Shown in pieces: positions 52,948 through 63,191 of a DNA stretch of 64,000 nt; the stretch's first letter is position 1, and each line of letters starts with the position of its first letter. The DNA comes from Chloroflexota bacterium (GTDB taxonomy: Bacteria; Chloroflexota; Anaerolineae; UBA4142): NCBI GenBank assembly GCA_037440625.1, contig JBBITT010000002.1, positions 22,837-86,836 of the forward strand. Reading direction: 5' to 3'. Made by a program: the position numbers and the translations under genes. The notes beneath the pieces are model-generated. The model was given only the letters and a program-made list of their open reading frames with translations. It ran no database searches and was not told the origin of the DNA.

Positions 52948-54519
52948 TTACTCTTCTTCGTCAAACCACTCGTCTTCTTTGGAGCGCTTGCTTTTGCGGC
53001 GTCGCTTGGCAACGATCTTGCCCAACTTTTCATCGAACACGAGAACTTGGCGTTTGCGTTTATCGGCTTTGCGCTTGAGCATTTCTTCCGGCGTCAAGTC
53101 TTCGTCTTCAAATTCTGCCCAGGCTTCTTCAAAGGTCTGCTCCGGTTCGCCGGGCGATTCCGCTGGCGCTTGGGTTTCAACAATGGTGGGCATCTCTGCG
53201 GTGGGTGTCTCTTCGACGATGGCTGTTTCGGGTGCGGCTTGAGCCGCCGGTTCAACAACCGCTTTTGTTTCGATAGAGGTTGTTTCCGTGATGGGTTCAA
53301 CAACTGATTCCGTTTCGGTCGGCGTGACTTCCGCGACCGGTTCGATCTCGGATTCCGCCGCAATCGCTTGTAGAGTCTCTAGTGCTTGAATTTGAGCGGC
53401 TTGCTCCGCTGCGATTTGTTCGGGCGTGAGGGCGGCAAGTCGCGCGGCTTCGGCTTCGGCTTGGCGTTGCGCTTCTTCCGCGATTTGTTTTTCGCTTTTG
53501 ATATCAATGCGCCAGCCGGTCAACTTGGCGGCGAGGCGCGCGTTCTGTCCCTCTTTGCCAATCGCCAGCGAGAGCATCTTGTCTTCGACGACGACGTTCG
53601 CTACCTTATCGCCATTTTCGTCTTCACTCAAGGTAACGTTGAGCACTTTGGCAGGGCTGAGCGCGTTGGCGATGAATTTAGCCGGATCGCTACTCCACTC
53701 GACCACGTCAATCTTTTCGCCGTTCAATTCGTTGACGACGGCTTGGATGCGGACGCCGCGTTGTCCCACACACGCGCCGACCGGATCAATACCATCTTGC
53801 GTGGCGGCAACCGCGATTTTAGAACGCGAGCCGGGTTCGCGCGCAATCGCTTTGATCTCCACTTGGCCATTGAAAATCTCCGGCACTTCGAGTTCGAACA
53901 AGCGGCGCAGCATATTGCGATGCGTGCGCGACAAGATGATTTGGGGACCCCGAGAGGTCTTGTTTACTTCGACGATATACGCACGGATTTTTTGATTATG
54001 CCGATAGCGTTCGCTGGGAATCTGTTCGGCGCGTGGCAAGAGTGCTTCCACCTTGCCCAGACTGACGGTGATGTTCTGGGCATCTACCGTATGAACGGTG
54101 CCCAGAACGATTTCTCCTTCGCGTGCCGAATATTGAGTATAGAGCGTATCGCGTTCGGCTTCACGGATGCGTTGCAAGACCACTTGCTTGGCGGTCTGCG
54201 CGGCAATGCGGCCGAAATCTTCGGGCGTGGTTTCGATGTTGAGCGTGCCGCCGATTTCTGCCATCGGATCAATGGCGCGGGCTTCTTGCAGCGAGATTTC
54301 GGTGCGGCGATCACGCACCTGATCAACAATGGTTTTGTTGGCAAAGATTTTGACTTTGCCGGTTGCGCCATCAATTTGAGCCGAAATATTTTGTCCGCCG
54401 CCAAAGTTGCGGCGATACGCCGAAACAAGCGCTTGTTCAATGGCGCCCAAGACCACTTCTTTGGACAAGCCGCGTTCGTTGCATAGTTGGGTGATGGCGA
54501 CTAGAAAATCGTTCTTCAT
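52948..54519 (-). CDS. nusA: Transcription termination/antitermination factor NusA with a ~180-aa acidic C-terminal extension
   Basis: N-terminal domain, S1 (..GEIVLGTV..) and KH1/KH2 (..[12 protein letters not shown].., ..[18 protein letters not shown]..). These are followed by a low-complexity E/T/P/A-rich tail and a K/R-rich end. Confidence 0.92.
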   Translation of the reverse strand: MKNDFLVAITQLCNERGLSKEVVLGAIEQALVSAYRRNFGGGQNISAQIDGATGKVKIFANKTIVDQVRDRRTEISLQEARAIDPMAEIGGTLNIETTPEDFGRIAAQTAKQVVLQRIREAERDTLYTQYSAREGEIVLGTVHTVDAQNITVSLGKVEALLPRAEQIPSERYRHNQKIRAYIVEVNKTSRGPQIILSRTHRNMLRRLFELEVPEIFNGQVEIKAIAREPGSRSKIAVAATQDGIDPVGACVGQRGVRIQAVVNELNGEKIDVVEWSSDPAKFIANALSPAKVLNVTLSEDENGDKVANVVVEDKMLSLAIGKEGQNARLAAKLTGWRIDIKSEKQIAEEAQRQAEAEAARLAALTPEQIAAEQAAQIQALETLQAIAAESEIEPVAEVTPTETESVVEPITETTSIETKAVVEPAAQAAPETAIVEETPTAEMPTIVETQAPAESPGEPEQTFEEAWAEFEDEDLTPEEMLKRKADKRKRQVLVFDEKLGKIVAKRRRKSKRSKEDEWFDEEE

Positions 54520-54585
54520 CTTGCTCTGACCTCAAATCCTCCCACATGTGGTGAGTCAGTCCATACCGGTTCCGCCGATGCCTAA

Positions 54586-54613
54586 ACAAAAAAGTGGGAC
54601 AGTTCCCACTTTT
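54586..54613 (-). terminator. Terminator-like hairpin in the nusA leader / arsR-like 3' region
   Basis: AGTGGGA (54593-99) pairs with TCCCACT (54604-10). On the minus strand it is followed by TTTTTTGTTT. Confidence 0.6.
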
Positions 54614-54647
54614 CGAAGAAAGGTCGCGCGGAGGTTCAACGGCTCAA

Positions 54648-54676
54648 AATATAGCACAAGTCGAATTTTTGCGCAA
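54648..54676 (-). promoter_or_regulatory. Candidate promoter for the nusA operon
   Basis: On the minus strand: TTGCGC (54676-54671), a 17-nt spacer, then TATATT (54653-54648). Confidence 0.4.
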
Positions 54677-54766
54677 GTTGTTTGACAGGGCAAAAGGGGC
54701 GGTGTATGATACGGACGGTTGGCAAAGGCGCGATCGTTGATTGTTGTACGAGGGTATCCCCTTGGG

Positions 54767-55333
54767 TCAACCAATGTTTCGCCAATAATACCCTTGCGCT
54801 TGCTTTAGCAACTTGAAATTCACCAACTCGCGCCGGAGTGTGGCAACGTCGGCGTGAAAGGTCTTGAGGATTTTGTTGACCCGTCTTTCAGAATAGCGTT
54901 TGCCCGGCTCAAATTCTTGAGCGATGCGGTGCAGCACCACTTCGCGTTTTTTGAGTTGGCTGGGAATCTCGCTCAACCGACCGCGCACCACGTATTGACG
55001 CAGGACGTTTTTGGCGTAAGCCTCCAAATCAAGATCGGGCGTGAGGCGGGTCGCAAAATCGGCGGAGACGAGTTGCTCTGCCATCGCGCGCAAGACATCG
55101 GCGCGCAGGGCATAGACGTTATAGTACTGTTGCACGCGCGCCTCAACCAAATCGGCTTGCAAAAGTTTTTGCAAATGATGCGACACCGTCGCGGAAGTAA
55201 CGCCTAGATTCGCGGAGAGTTCTTCAACCGAATGGGGTTTGTGTGCCAGCAACGCAATAATCTTGATGCGATTCTCGTCCGCGAGTGCCTTGAAAAATTT
55301 TACAAAATCCTCCCTGGATTCAGGCATAGACAT
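54767..55333 (-). CDS. ArsR/SmtB-family HTH regulator with DUF2087-like C-terminal domain
   Basis: Contains ..FKALADENRIKIIALLA.KPHSVEELSANLGVTSATVSHHLQKL... Confidence 0.85.
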   Translation of the reverse strand: MSMPESREDFVKFFKALADENRIKIIALLAHKPHSVEELSANLGVTSATVSHHLQKLLQADLVEARVQQYYNVYALRADVLRAMAEQLVSADFATRLTPDLDLEAYAKNVLRQYVVRGRLSEIPSQLKKREVVLHRIAQEFEPGKRYSERRVNKILKTFHADVATLRRELVNFKLLKQAQGYYWRNIG

Positions 55334-55350
55334 TTTGAGGTCTCCACGTC

Positions 55351-56040
55351 TTGAGATTTATTTCGATGGTTGCCAAATCAATTCTAGACCGACTAAATCG
55401 GCTTGTCAAACGCCGGAGCGTCCAGATCATCGTGGGATCTAGTGCCGGCGCGCTGGCCGTGTTCGCGCTGTTGTACCACCAAATTGATACCCGCGCACAA
55501 ATAGATAAGGCGCGGCACGCTGACGCGATCATTGTGCTGGGGTCGGCAGTATGGCCGGAGGGGCGCCCTAGTCCGTCGCTCGATGCACGCACACAACACG
55601 CGATTGCGCTGTATCGAGCGGGATATGCGCCGTATCTGATTTTCTGTGGCGGCTTGGGTGGCCATCCCCCCACCGAAGCCGAAGTGATGCGCCGGCTGGC
55701 GACGAGCGCGGGCGTCCCGGCAAGCGCGATGATTTTAGAAGACCAATCGCATTCAACGGAAGAGAGTTTGCGCAATGCCAAGGCGTTGATGACGGCGCGC
55801 GGCTTGCATCGCGCGATCATCGTCAGCGATCCGTTTCATTTGTATCGCGCCGAGATCATCGCGCGGGATGTGGGGATCGAGGCGTACGGATCCGGGGCGC
55901 TGAACAGTCCAACTTATACGCGTACCCTCAATCGCATTTGGTACACCACGCGTGAATCGTTGGCGATGGTGTGGTACTATACGACGCGCGTTTTGGGTGA
56001 GCCGACGTGGTTGTATGAAATCCTGAAAGGAAAAATCTAA
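55351..56040 (+). CDS. YdcF/SanA/ElyC-family (DUF218) protein
   Basis: TM anchor, then ..DAIIVLGSAVW..GRPSPSLDARTQHAIALYRAGYAPYLIFCGG... TTG start at 55351; ATG 55366 is an alternative. Confidence 0.8.
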   Translation: MRFISMVAKSILDRLNRLVKRRSVQIIVGSSAGALAVFALLYHQIDTRAQIDKARHADAIIVLGSAVWPEGRPSPSLDARTQHAIALYRAGYAPYLIFCGGLGGHPPTEAEVMRRLATSAGVPASAMILEDQSHSTEESLRNAKALMTARGLHRAIIVSDPFHLYRAEIIARDVGIEAYGSGALNSPTYTRTLNRIWYTTRESLAMVWYYTTRVLGEPTWLYEILKGKI

Positions 56041-56043
56041 ACT

Positions 56044-56083
56044 GACGGATGAGGAACGATGGATTCATCTTTCGTCGTCCGTC
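56044..56083. repeat. GACGGAN heptamer hairpin between ydcF-like and the next gene
   Basis: GACGGAT GAGGAAC GATGGAT TCATCTT TCGTCGT CCGTC. GACGGA pairs with TCCGTC and ACGA with TCGT. Confidence 0.55.
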
Positions 56084-56096
56084 AACGGGGTTGTTC

Positions 56097-57797
<1,701 letters not shown>

Positions 57798-57831
57798 AAA
57801 AAGGGCGACCGCAAGGTCGCCCGCGATGTTT

Positions 57832-58728
57832 TTATTGAACGGTGATGCTTCCTAGCCCGCCGTCTATTGCAATTTCGATTTTGTTGGACGCGCTGGTGTA
57901 ATCGGCGCTTTGATACGTGTCCCCTGTTTTGGGGAAACGCGCCTGATCTACGCGGAGGCTTCCGATTCCCGCATCCACGCGTATGCGCGCGGCAACGTTT
58001 TGTGGAATCGTGATTGTCAAGTTGCCCGCGCCGCCATTCACACGCATCAGCGTAAAGCCGGTGTTGGGTGTGGTGATCGTGAGGTTGCCCACGCCAGCGT
58101 CAACGTTCAGCGAAGATACATTGAGCGCGGACAAATCGAGGGTCGCTCTGCCCACACCACCATTGATGCGCAAGGTCAATGGAATCGTTGGGTTCAATCC
58201 AATCTCCCACCGGCTGGTGTTTGCGCTACCCAGAGTCCAGGTGACCCCTTCTTCTTTCAGAGTCAAACGCCCTTCGCTCCCGGCAACGGTGTACGTCTGA
58301 GCGATGCGTACGCCGGGCGCGTGTGTAAATTTGCCTTTCATCAAATCGGTGGCATTCGCCTCAAGCGCGGCAACGTTTGTGCTTGAAACGCCGATGTTCA
58401 AATCAATCGTCGCACTTTTAATGTCGCCGAGCGGTTGAGAGATTTCTTCCGTTGTCCCCCCTGCCATTGGCGCAGGGCCTTGCATGAACGATAGATACAA
58501 CACACCGCCGACAATCGCGACCCACAACACGAGCACGATCAATCCACCGACGATGGATTGCCTACCGATGATGATTTCCAAACCGATCAAAATGAAAATC
58601 AGGGGCCAATAGCGTGCGGCAATCTCCCAAAACGTGAGCGGCAAAACATTCAAGTTGGCGAGCAAGAACAGTACGCCGATGGTGATGAGAATCAACGGTC
58701 CAATCAAACTAGGTCTGCGGCGTTCCAT
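57832..58728 (-). CDS. LiaF-like membrane protein with C-terminal toast-rack (DUF2154/DUF4097-like) domain
   Basis: N-terminal ..LIGPLILITIGVLFLLANL.. with 4 TM helices, then a repetitive beta-rich C-terminus (..VDAGVGNLTIT.., ..VNGGAGNLTITIP.., ..VDAGIGSLRV..). Confidence 0.7.
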   Translation of the reverse strand: MERRRPSLIGPLILITIGVLFLLANLNVLPLTFWEIAARYWPLIFILIGLEIIIGRQSIVGGLIVLVLWVAIVGGVLYLSFMQGPAPMAGGTTEEISQPLGDIKSATIDLNIGVSSTNVAALEANATDLMKGKFTHAPGVRIAQTYTVAGSEGRLTLKEEGVTWTLGSANTSRWEIGLNPTIPLTLRINGGVGRATLDLSALNVSSLNVDAGVGNLTITTPNTGFTLMRVNGGAGNLTITIPQNVAARIRVDAGIGSLRVDQARFPKTGDTYQSADYTSASNKIEIAIDGGLGSITVQ

Positions 58729-58751
58729 GAATCCTCCTTGAGATTGCGAGC

Positions 58752-58823
58752 GTCATTGCGAGAGGATGTTCTTGGCTAACAATCTCCGATCCGGTCGGGG
58801 ATTGCTTGGCGGCTCGCAATGAC
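58752..58823. repeat. Family A palindromic element
   Basis: GTCATTGCGAG (58752-62) ... GGGGATTGCTTGGCGG CTCGCAATGAC (58813-23), in the mutL / liaF-like spacer. Confidence 0.7.
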
Positions 58824-58832
58824 AATCCAAAA

Positions 58833-60575
58833 TCATTTACGCCCAAATTCGCGTTCTAACTGCCCCAGGTTCAGTTGAATCATCGTGGGTCTGCCGTGCG
58901 GGCAGGTGCGCGGGGCGGTTGTCAATTCCAATCGCCGCACCAACTCGCGCATTTCTTCGAGCGACAAAACTTGCCCGCCTTTCACCGCGATGCTTTTGCA
59001 CACACTCGAGATCAAGCGTGCCTCCGCCGATTTTTCCAACGGCTCTTCGCCTTGTTCCATCTCATCAATGATTTGGATCAAGGTGGTGCGCGGATCGCTT
59101 TGTTTCATCACGGCGGGTACCGCGCGCAACAAGATCGTTTGATTGCCAAACTCTTCAAAGCGAAATCCCACCGAAGTGAGCGCGGCGCGATGGGCATCTA
59201 GGGCAGCGTGTTGCGCTGGCGTCAAAGTCAATGGCAACGGATCGAGCAATTCCTGAGTTGCAACGGTAGCATTGGCGCGTTCCGCCATTAATTGTTCGTA
59301 CAACACGCGTTCGTGTGCGGAATGCTGATCAATCAAATACAACCCATCGGGTCCTTCGGCGATGAGGTAGGTGGAAAGGATTTGACCGAGAACGCGGAGC
59401 ATTGGAAGTTTGGAGGGTTGGGTGATTAGGTGAGTGGGTGATTGGAGAGTCGGCATTCGGTCGTCAGCGGATGAAATTGGACGGTGCAAATCAATCGCCA
59501 GTTGCGATGTTTCCACGTTGCGTGGCGTAAAGGATGTGCCGATGCTCACACTGGGAATGGGGGCTTGGGCGACAAGTGCGGCACGCACAGAACGTTGCAC
59601 CGCGTTGAACACGGCGCTTGTATCGCGGAAGCGCACTTCGCTTTTAGTGGGATGCACATTCACGTCCACCGCGTCCGGCGGCAACGTAATATCCAACACG
59701 ACGATGGGCGCGCGCCCCACCATCAACGCGGTGTGATACGCTTCGATGACGGCGTGTTGGAGCGTACGATCTTGCACCCAGCGATGATTGACAAAGAACA
59801 ACATATATTTGCGGTTGGAACGATTGAGGTTGGGCGGCGAAATGAACCCCGCCACCTGAATAGTTTCGGGTTGTTCGCCCGTTGAACCTTGAACCTTGGA
59901 ACTTGAGACCGGCAACATTTGATTTGCCACTTGGGTGCCCAACACCTTGACCAACACGTCAAACAGATCGCCGGTGCCGGGCGATTGAAACACCAAGCGA
60001 TCATCGTTCACCAACGCAAAGCGCAACGCCGGAAACGCGAGCGCGTACGCGTGAACGAGATCGGCGATATGCCCGGCTTCGGTGGCTGGCGTTTTCAAGA
60101 ATTTCAAACGCGCCGGCACGTGACGAAACAAATCCTCGACGATAACCATCGTCCCCGCTGGCGCACCGTGCGCGCGTTGTTCAATGATCTTGCCACCATC
60201 CACGCGAATCTGCGTGCCGGTATTTTCGTCGCGCGCACGTGTAATCATCGTTACTCGCGCGACTGCCGCAATCGAGGGTAACGCTTCACCGCGAAAACCC
60301 AGCGTGCGGATGTTGAACAAATCGTCCACCGAGTTGAGTTTGCTCGTCGCGTGGCGCGCAAAGGCGGTTTGAACCTCGTTCGCGGGGATGCCCGCCCCGT
60401 CGTCTGCCACCCGGATCAAACGCTGCCCGCCGTTCCGGATTTCCACTTTGATTTCGCGCGCGCCAGCATCAATCGAGTTTTCGATCAACTCTTTGACCAC
60501 CGACGCTGGCCGCTCAATGACTTCGCCCGCCGCAATTTTTGAAGCAAGGTCTGCGGAAAGAATGTGAATGGTCAT
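58833..60575 (-). CDS. mutL: DNA mismatch repair protein MutL
   Basis: Contains ..IAAGEVIERPASVVKELIENSIDAG.., ..DDGAGI.. and ..GFRGEAL... The C-terminal endonuclease/dimerisation domain has ..DQHSAHERVLYE... The start was set at ATG 60575. Confidence 0.92.
   Translation of the reverse strand: MTIHILSADLASKIAAGEVIERPASVVKELIENSIDAGAREIKVEIRNGGQRLIRVADDGAGIPANEVQTAFARHATSKLNSVDDLFNIRTLGFRGEALPSIAAVARVTMITRARDENTGTQIRVDGGKIIEQRAHGAPAGTMVIVEDLFRHVPARLKFLKTPATEAGHIADLVHAYALAFPALRFALVNDDRLVFQSPGTGDLFDVLVKVLGTQVANQMLPVSSSKVQGSTGEQPETIQVAGFISPPNLNRSNRKYMLFFVNHRWVQDRTLQHAVIEAYHTALMVGRAPIVVLDITLPPDAVDVNVHPTKSEVRFRDTSAVFNAVQRSVRAALVAQAPIPSVSIGTSFTPRNVETSQLAIDLHRPISSADDRMPTLQSPTHLITQPSKLPMLRVLGQILSTYLIAEGPDGLYLIDQHSAHERVLYEQLMAERANATVATQELLDPLPLTLTPAQHAALDAHRAALTSVGFRFEEFGNQTILLRAVPAVMKQSDPRTTLIQIIDEMEQGEEPLEKSAEARLISSVCKSIAVKGGQVLSLEEMRELVRRLELTTAPRTCPHGRPTMIQLNLGQLEREFGRK
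59881..59915. repeat. Heptamer array (CTTGAAC type) in frame within the mutL linker
   Basis: GTTGAAC CTTGAAC CTTGGAA CTTGAGA CCGGCAA, encoding ..LPVSSSKVQGST.. on the minus strand. Confidence 0.6.
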
Positions 60576-60619
60576 CGGCGATATTGTATCACACAAATTC
60601 AGAATTTGGAATTGACGAT

Positions 60620-60648
60620 TTGAATTTTGCCGCAACATCAGTTACAAT
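60620..60648 (+). promoter_or_regulatory. Promoter predicting a leaderless threonine-dehydratase mRNA
   Basis: TTGAAT (60620-25), a 17-nt spacer, then TACAAT (60643-48). ATG at 60657. Confidence 0.5.
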
Positions 60649-60656
60649 GCCTTGCA

Positions 60657-61649
60657 ATGATTACGTTGCAGGATGTTCAACGTGCCCAGCAAACGATTCA
60701 GCCGTACATTTTTCGCACGCCGTTGCGCGAATCGTTCTTGCTGAGCGAACGCATTGGTGCGCGGGTTTGGCTGAAGCTGGAGAATTGGCAAATCACAGGG
60801 TCGTTCAAACTGCGCGGCGCATTGAATCGGATGGCGTTGATGACCGCTGATGAACGCGCCCGCGGCATTGTGACAGCGAGTGCCGGCAATCATGCGTTGG
60901 GCGTGGGCTATGCAGCGCGGCAGATGCACATTGCGCCTGCCACGATTTTTGTGCCGCGCACGGCGCCGCGCACCAAGTTAGCGAAACTACGCGAGTTTCC
61001 GGTGGAGGTGCATCCAGTCGGCGAGACGTACGAGGAGGCGCATCGCGCGGCGGAGGAGTATGCGCATGCGACCGGCGCAACGTTCATTCACGCGTACGAT
61101 GATCCGCGCACGGTCGCCGGGCAGGGCACGCTGGGTTTGGAGATCTTGGCGGATGCGCCGGCAATAGATGCCGTTTTGGTGCCGGTGGGTGGCGGTGGAA
61201 TGATTACCGGCATTGCCGTGGCGATCAAGGCGCTTGCGCCATCGGTGCAAATTATCGGCGTGCAACCAGCGGCATCGCCCTCCTTGCGCGATTCCTTGCG
61301 CGATGGCGTTTGCTACGAAGAGTACGCCGCCGCGCCAACCATCTGTGATGGACTGGCTGGCGGAATTGGCAAAATGGTGTTTGAGGCGGCGCAGAAAAAG
61401 TTGATTGCTGATGTGGTGCTGGTTGAGGAGAACGAAACGCGCGCGGCGATTCGTGCGTTGGTGGAAACCCAGCAACTGGTGGTGGAAGGATCGGGCGCGG
61501 TGGGTGTTGCGGCACTCTTGGCGCGCAAAATTGATTTGCGCGGCAAGCGTGTCGTCATCGTGCTGAGCGGCGGGAACATTGATTTGGAATTGCTCTCTCA
61601 AATAATAAATCTCAAATCCCAAACCTCAAATGACAAAACCTCCGATTAG
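60657..61649 (+). CDS. PLP-dependent threonine ammonia-lyase / serine dehydratase-like enzyme (no ACT domain)
   Basis: PLP-Lys motif ..TGSFKLRGA.. and Gly-rich ..VPVGGGGMITG... The C-terminal tail NLKSQTSNDKTSD is encoded by a heptamer array. Confidence 0.85.
   Translation: MITLQDVQRAQQTIQPYIFRTPLRESFLLSERIGARVWLKLENWQITGSFKLRGALNRMALMTADERARGIVTASAGNHALGVGYAARQMHIAPATIFVPRTAPRTKLAKLREFPVEVHPVGETYEEAHRAAEEYAHATGATFIHAYDDPRTVAGQGTLGLEILADAPAIDAVLVPVGGGGMITGIAVAIKALAPSVQIIGVQPAASPSLRDSLRDGVCYEEYAAAPTICDGLAGGIGKMVFEAAQKKLIADVVLVEENETRAAIRALVETQQLVVEGSGAVGVAALLARKIDLRGKRVVIVLSGGNIDLELLSQIINLKSQTSNDKTSD
61607..61641. repeat. Heptamer array AAATCYC x5 spanning the ilvA-like stop region and the eamA start
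   Basis: AAATCTC AAATCCC AAACCTC AAATGAC AAAACCT. Confidence 0.6.
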
Positions 61650-62520
61650 TCCTTACATCGTTCTAATGATCGGTATTTTGGCGGTCTCGTCCGCCGCGAT
61701 TATCATTTTCTTTGCACGCGCTGAAGGGGTGCCCGCAGTCGCTATCGCCGCGTTGCGTCTCACATTTGCCTCGCTCGCGCTTGCCCCATTTGTGTGGACC
61801 CGCGCGCGAGGCGAGTGGGCTAGACTTTCGCGGCGCGATCTTGCGTTGGCCATGCTCGCCGGCGTTTTTCTTGCGCTTCATTTTGCCTTTTGGATTTCAT
61901 CGCTCGATTACACTTCGGTGATGAGTTCGGTCGTGTTTGTCAGCACCAACCCAATTTTTGTTGGACTGGCATCGGTAGTGCTGCTACGTGAATCGTTGCA
62001 ACGCGGCACCATTCTCGGAATTGTAATTGCGGTGATGGGTGGTGCGCTCATTGCCCTCAGCGATTTAGAACAAACGGGGACGGAATCGTTGCAAGGAAAT
62101 TTGCTCGCACTGGCGGGCGCGGTAACTGTGTCCGGCTACTTGCTTATCGGACGACGCTTGCGCAAACAATTATCGTTGCTGGCGTACATCGGTTTGGTGT
62201 ACACCACCGCCGCCATCGTGTTGCTGATTATGGCGATCGCAATGGGTGCAAACTTGGTGAGTTACTCGCTCGTGGGCTATTTGTTGGTCTTGTTGCTCGC
62301 GGCGGGACCGCAATTGATTGGACATACCTCGTACAACTGGGCGTTGAAATATGTCAGTGCGACATTTGTTACCGTAACCTTGCTTGCCGAGCCGATCGGT
62401 GCAACCTTGTTGGCAATTCCGATTCTTGCCCAAATTCCCTCGCCCATCAAGGTTGTGGGCGGGGCACTTATTCTTGCCGGAATTTATTTTGCGGCACGTG
62501 CCGAGACCAGTGAACAGTAG
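61630..62520 (+). CDS. DMT-superfamily (EamA) transporter
   Basis: 296 aa, about 10 TM helices, two EamA-like halves. Confidence 0.85.
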   Translation: MTKPPISPYIVLMIGILAVSSAAIIIFFARAEGVPAVAIAALRLTFASLALAPFVWTRARGEWARLSRRDLALAMLAGVFLALHFAFWISSLDYTSVMSSVVFVSTNPIFVGLASVVLLRESLQRGTILGIVIAVMGGALIALSDLEQTGTESLQGNLLALAGAVTVSGYLLIGRRLRKQLSLLAYIGLVYTTAAIVLLIMAIAMGANLVSYSLVGYLLVLLLAAGPQLIGHTSYNWALKYVSATFVTVTLLAEPIGATLLAIPILAQIPSPIKVVGGALILAGIYFAARAETSEQ

Positions 62521-62525
62521 GTTGT

Positions 62526-63167
62526 ATGATCAAATATCTTTTATTCGATCTTGATGATACGCTTTACAAGCCGACGTCCGGCTTGATGCAAGAAATCAGC
62601 GAGCGGATGAGTGAGTATATGGTTACGCGCATCGGCATTTCGCCCGATGATGTGGATCGCCAACGCAAAGATTATTGGGCGCGGTATGGGACGACCTTGC
62701 GTGGATTGTACATCGAACGCCACGTTGACCCGCACGATTTTCTCGATTTTGTGCACGATGTTGACATTGAAAAATATTTGCAACGGGATGAACGGCTGGA
62801 TGCGATGTTGACGCACTTGCCGCAGACGAAAGCAATCTTCACAAACGCCCCCGGCGATTATGCGCAACGGGTATTGCGCGCGCTTGGTGTTGAAAAGCAC
62901 TTTGCCCAAATCTTTGATATCCACTTTATCGAGTATGCGAGCAAACCGAATCCCTTGGCGTATGCGCGTGTGGTAGCCGCGTTGCCTGTCCCGCCGACCG
63001 AGTGTTTGATGATTGACGATATTGCGCGCAATTTGGTCCCGGCAAAAGAGTTGGGGATGACAACAGTGTGGTTGAACGGGACGGCAGAGCGCTATGGTGT
63101 GGAAGGTAAGGAGAGTGCGGATTTTATCATCGCGTCCATTTACGATGTGGCACACGTGATCAAGTAG
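62526..63167 (+). CDS. HAD-superfamily hydrolase (pyrimidine 5'-nucleotidase-like)
   Basis: Motif I FDLDDTLY, motif II ..IFTNA.., motif IV ..MIDDIARN... Confidence 0.85.
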   Translation: MIKYLLFDLDDTLYKPTSGLMQEISERMSEYMVTRIGISPDDVDRQRKDYWARYGTTLRGLYIERHVDPHDFLDFVHDVDIEKYLQRDERLDAMLTHLPQTKAIFTNAPGDYAQRVLRALGVEKHFAQIFDIHFIEYASKPNPLAYARVVAALPVPPTECLMIDDIARNLVPAKELGMTTVWLNGTAERYGVEGKESADFIIASIYDVAHVIK

Positions 63168-63191
63168 CCCACCGATTATCCAGCTAGCCTT

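Noticed and set aside
53386-54486. 366-aa plus-strand ORF antisense to nusA
   Set aside because: Same reasoning: nusA on the minus strand has S1/KH motifs, and the antisense product is Arg/Phe/Asp-rich with no domain pattern.
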